DNA of 61,258 bases, counting the filler, from Corallochytrium limacisporum Hawaii (lineage: Eukaryota; Protista; Pluriformea), in assembly GCA_002811645.1 (NCBI GenBank). It is 3 parts of 3 records of this genome, joined end to end, with 100 filler letters (N's around TTAATTAATTAA, not from the genome) between each part and the next. Parts side by side here need not be neighbours in the genome. Positions count along the whole stretch, not along the records: positions 45,662 to 61,258 come from PDIP01000008.1; 2 more parts are not named here. One strand, 5' to 3'. A program made the translations under genes and the position numbers. Below are positions 58,047 through 61,258 of the stretch, piece by piece; positions within the stretch are counted from its first letter, which is position 1, and every line of letters starts with the position of its first letter. Below the pieces are notes generated by a model. The model saw only the letters and a program-made list of their open reading frames with translations. It did no database searches and was not told the origin of the DNA.

Positions 58047-58577
58047 TTACCACTTGCGAGGATCAATCGGGTCCAGAGTCCGGTCGTTGCAGACAGCGGG
58101 GCCTTCACCGGTGGGGTCACACCAACCACCAGCACATTCCATGTCCCATTGGCACACTTCACCATTTTCCGAGAGGTTGCTGTCAGAGTTAGGGGCGCAG
58201 AAGCCGTTCTCACAGTTTCGAGACCAGCACTCTGATTCTTTGCTGCACGCAGCATTGATGCGGCGAGCGCCAACAAAGAAAAAGCCAGGACCGCACACAC
58301 CTCGTTCCATGTCACACCCTCCATCATCACAGCACTGAGAGCCTGACAAGCACTTTTGGTTCTGGTCTTGACACTCGCCAGGGTTGAAACAGATCTTTGC
58401 CTTCGGCTCGGGTGCGAAGACATCAGCAGTCACTGCTTGGCAGACACCCTCGCAGCACTCGGAGTCTGTGATGCAATCAGCGGCATGGAGCTTGCAGGTT
58501 GCTCCATTAACAACGGGAGATGCGCCAGCCATACCGACAATAGCACCAACGGCAATTACAAAGAATGTCTTCATCAT
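58047..58577 (-). CDS. Small secreted cysteine-rich protein with knottin-like repeats
   Basis: Signal peptide MMKTFFVIAVGAIVGMAGA-SP; four Cys modules (CKLHAADCITDSECCEGVC; CQDQNQKCLSGSQCCDDGGC; ACSKESECWSRNCENGFC; VCQWDMECAGGWC). Confidence 0.82.
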   Translation of the reverse strand: MMKTFFVIAVGAIVGMAGASPVVNGATCKLHAADCITDSECCEGVCQAVTADVFAPEPKAKICFNPGECQDQNQKCLSGSQCCDDGGCDMERGVCGPGFFFVGARRINAACSKESECWSRNCENGFCAPNSDSNLSENGEVCQWDMECAGGWCDPTGEGPAVCNDRTLDPIDPRKW

Positions 58578-59380
58578 GAACAGGGATCAGGAGATCAGAA
58601 CAGTTGAAATTTTAGGGCGATCAAAACGAGTTGCTTTGATGTTAGTTAAGAATTGTGAATACAAGACTTACATCCAACTTTCAACAGCTAAGATCTCTTT
58701 CCTTAAATACGTTTGCCTCCCGCTAAAAGCATGTCTCACGGTTTCGCTGTCCAACAAGTGGTAATCGCTGGAATATCCCTATATTTGGTGGGTCTGTCCT
58801 CCGCGCAACACATATCTTGCCTTCGACAACAAGCGCATGGCCGATGCCGAATACACAGTTCCCGAAGATTGTAGCTAATCCGCGTATGCGATGCAATATC
58901 GGCAGCACCGAGTCCTTGGACGACAAGTAGCACCATTGCTCCCATCGTTCATTACAAAAAATGGTAGGCGGGTGATGGCCCTTCAAAGCAGTCCATGCCC
59001 ACGGGTGCATTTCCGCTCGTGGACAAATGAGGTAGTTTTCAAAACCGACCGTAAGGATGCATACTTTTACATGTGACCTGTAGTGACTTGGATGTACGCA
59101 CTCACAGTCAAACGCACAAGAGCAAGCAGGGATGAGTTCCATACCGGCCAAATAAAGATCTGGTGATTCCACCATGCTTATCAACGTTTGAGCAATCGTA
59201 TTGAATAATACGGTGACGGTCGCCCACTGAGGATTCCCACTAAACAAAATACTCAAGAATCCGTAGTAATATAATCGTACTAGGTACCGTCTTAGATACC
59301 GGATCACCCAGAGATCTCGGAAGGGGTGGCAAGTGGCCGGACAATGTACGTAGCGCATAGTTGCAAAAAGAAAGAACTGG

Positions 59381-59955
59381 TGAATGGCAACTATTGCAAA
59401 ATCTTTGGAAAACCGGTTCGAGAACAACCGTTGGCCCATCCGTTCTGGCTCACAGTTGTGTAACCTTCATCGTGAGTTCTTATGCCCGTAAGTCTCAACG
59501 CGCGCATGAAACGTCCAGAATAAGTGCCCGGCGGCATGTCCGGTTAGAGCTGGACATTGGCCAAGGACACCACACCTAAAGTGTCCATGTTCGCACGTTT
59601 GTCCTTCAACATCGTCAACTGACACAAGATCCTTATTTTGGCATTTGCATTGCAGATGGACAAATGACTAATTGTCGCACTGTTGGCGAATGGCAACTAA
59701 TGCAAAATCCTAGGAAAACCAACAGCTGTTGGCCCATCCGTTCTGGCTCACAGTTGGGTAACCTTCACCGTGAGTTCTTATCCCCTTAAGTCTTGACGCG
59801 CTTACGAAATGTCCCGCAGAAGTGTTCAGCAGCACTTTCGGTTTAAACAGCACGTTGACCATGGACATCACATCTAGAGTGTCCATGTTCACACGTTACA
59901 TTAAATGACAAAAGGACCTTACTTTGGCATTTGTATCGCGTGTGGACAAATGTGA
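59381..59955. repeat. Diverged tandem duplication, ~300-bp unit x2
   Basis: GAATGGCAACTA..GTTGGCCCATCCGTTCTGGCTCACAGTTG..GTGAGTTCTTAT..GTGTCCATGTTC..TTTGGCATTTG..TGGACAAATG occurs at ~59381-59670 and again at ~59687-59955. Confidence 0.9.
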
Positions 59956-61258
59956 CTACGTGCAGCACTGTCTCTACCAGGTCATGTACATGGTATCCTT
60001 AACTGTCCCCGTTTGGTTTGAAGCGCATTCACACTGTCCCGCTGAGCTAGCGATCAGTCTTCAAGGAATGCATCAATTTTCCGACCAATTGTCATGCGAT
60101 GGTACAGCCCCAGGAGAGGGATATGATCCTACAGTTCAATGCTGTGGGACCAGTATTGAGAATGAACATCTGGGATGGAAGCTGCATCTAGTGACCGGCC
60201 ATGCGGATGACTAGGAAAATGCTTAGGGATACCTTGTTCTGGGAATCCTTTGACCGGCATTTTGCCATAGCACCCGGATGTCACAATCTGTGGACCAAAC
60301 CGAATTGGCCCCAATTTTCCATTATTAGTGCCAACCTTGAGGGGGTATCATTTTTTCCGTAGTGGCATTGCAATGAATCCGACCACTTGTGACCACACCC
60401 TTTGACCCGATCCAACTCAAACCCCCTAACCCTCCGCCCCTCCCTCCCAATTGCTGTAACTATTCAACGGGTTCATCCACTAAAGCAGCAGAGGGGCAGG
60501 GAAGGGACCGGGGGACCTGGGGCCGGTCAAGCCCTGCCCTAAGTGTACACAACTGCCGCTGCCAACTCCGCTGAGTCCGCCCGGGGGGTCCTATCGGTGC
60601 AAAAATTCGACACACCATCGCTCTCTCTCGTTCCTGATATGGCAGGGTGTAGTCGCATGTGTCTCAGATACACTGAGATACATTACGAAACACCGATACA
60701 AGATTGGTTGCCACCAGCAGCATGCTATGTATGTCTTCGAAAAGGGCATAGACAGTCCTGGCAGGAGTTCCGATTGGCACCATGGAGCAGCACCTTAATG
60801 TCGCACATAACCATCCATGTAGACAGCGACACTCCACGAGGTACATCTTTACACAACGACACTCTCCATGAGCATTTCTGACGATCTACATCACTCAATG
60901 CTGACCCTTGTGAAGCAGTAACCTGTAGAACCGGACTCGATCTTCGTTTTCGGGACTCTTGTTGTGTCTTCCCTATTTCTCCACCTATCCTCTCTCTCCC
61001 GCTAGAGATAATACACCTACGACAAGGAAAAACCGTTGGGTCAAGACAGCACGAACCATTCGTCATCCATACCTAGTGTATGGTTGCCGGATCAGATAGC
61101 GAGACCGGAAATACATAATATCTGATGTTCCGATTGGAAGTAGGTACCGGTTCCACAGAACATGAAATCCTTGTTTTCAAACTCCAGTGCGGTAGCATGG
61201 CAGTATGTGATCCGACATCTGTATCTGTGTAGCCATCACTACCTGGATGGGTCTACAT

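Noticed and set aside
45662-61258. Third segment as a bacterial contaminant contig
   Set aside because: No operon packing or evident Shine-Dalgarno sites, long spacers, TATA boxes and the same C/G-run elements as the rest of the window; not formally excluded without coverage data.
1-61258. tRNA, rRNA or snRNA genes
   Set aside because: None recognisable by eye; an Infernal or tRNAscan run is needed to exclude them.

Overview
Eukaryotic nuclear DNA: monocistronic genes, mitochondrial-import proteins, a NEDD4-type E3 ligase, TRAPPC12, NOC3 and microsatellites. Every intact CDS is intron-free. That gene set fits a very intron-poor unicellular opisthokont or holozoan (Corallochytrium-like; inference only). 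Two artificial 100-nt joins (N44-TTAATTAATTAA-N44 at 16706-16805 and 45562-45661) split the window into three pieces whose adjacency is not proven. Piece 1 carries QCR8 and ZFAND4 within long gene-poor DNA. Piece 2 is a compact housekeeping block: SLC25A32-like carrier, coiled-coil ORF, PPR protein, Cof-type HAD, HECT E3, DIPP Nudix, NOC3, TRAPPC12 and mS35. It also holds a frameshifted, nonsense-mutated remnant of the ciliary BAR gene FAM92/CIBAR. The HECT E3 has an unusual DPW/NPFx4-LRR-C2-WWx4-HECT architecture. Piece 3 is an accessory island of co-oriented minus-strand genes, four of five with signal peptides: a TSP3-like Ca-binding repeat protein, a bacterial-type RTX protein with a Cys-knot tail, an aerolysin/ETX-MTX2-like pore former, a 2OG-Fe(II) oxygenase and a Cys-rich knottin-repeat protein. 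Three consecutive island genes share the upstream 9-mer GTATAAAAG. All family assignments come from motif recognition by eye; no searches were run.
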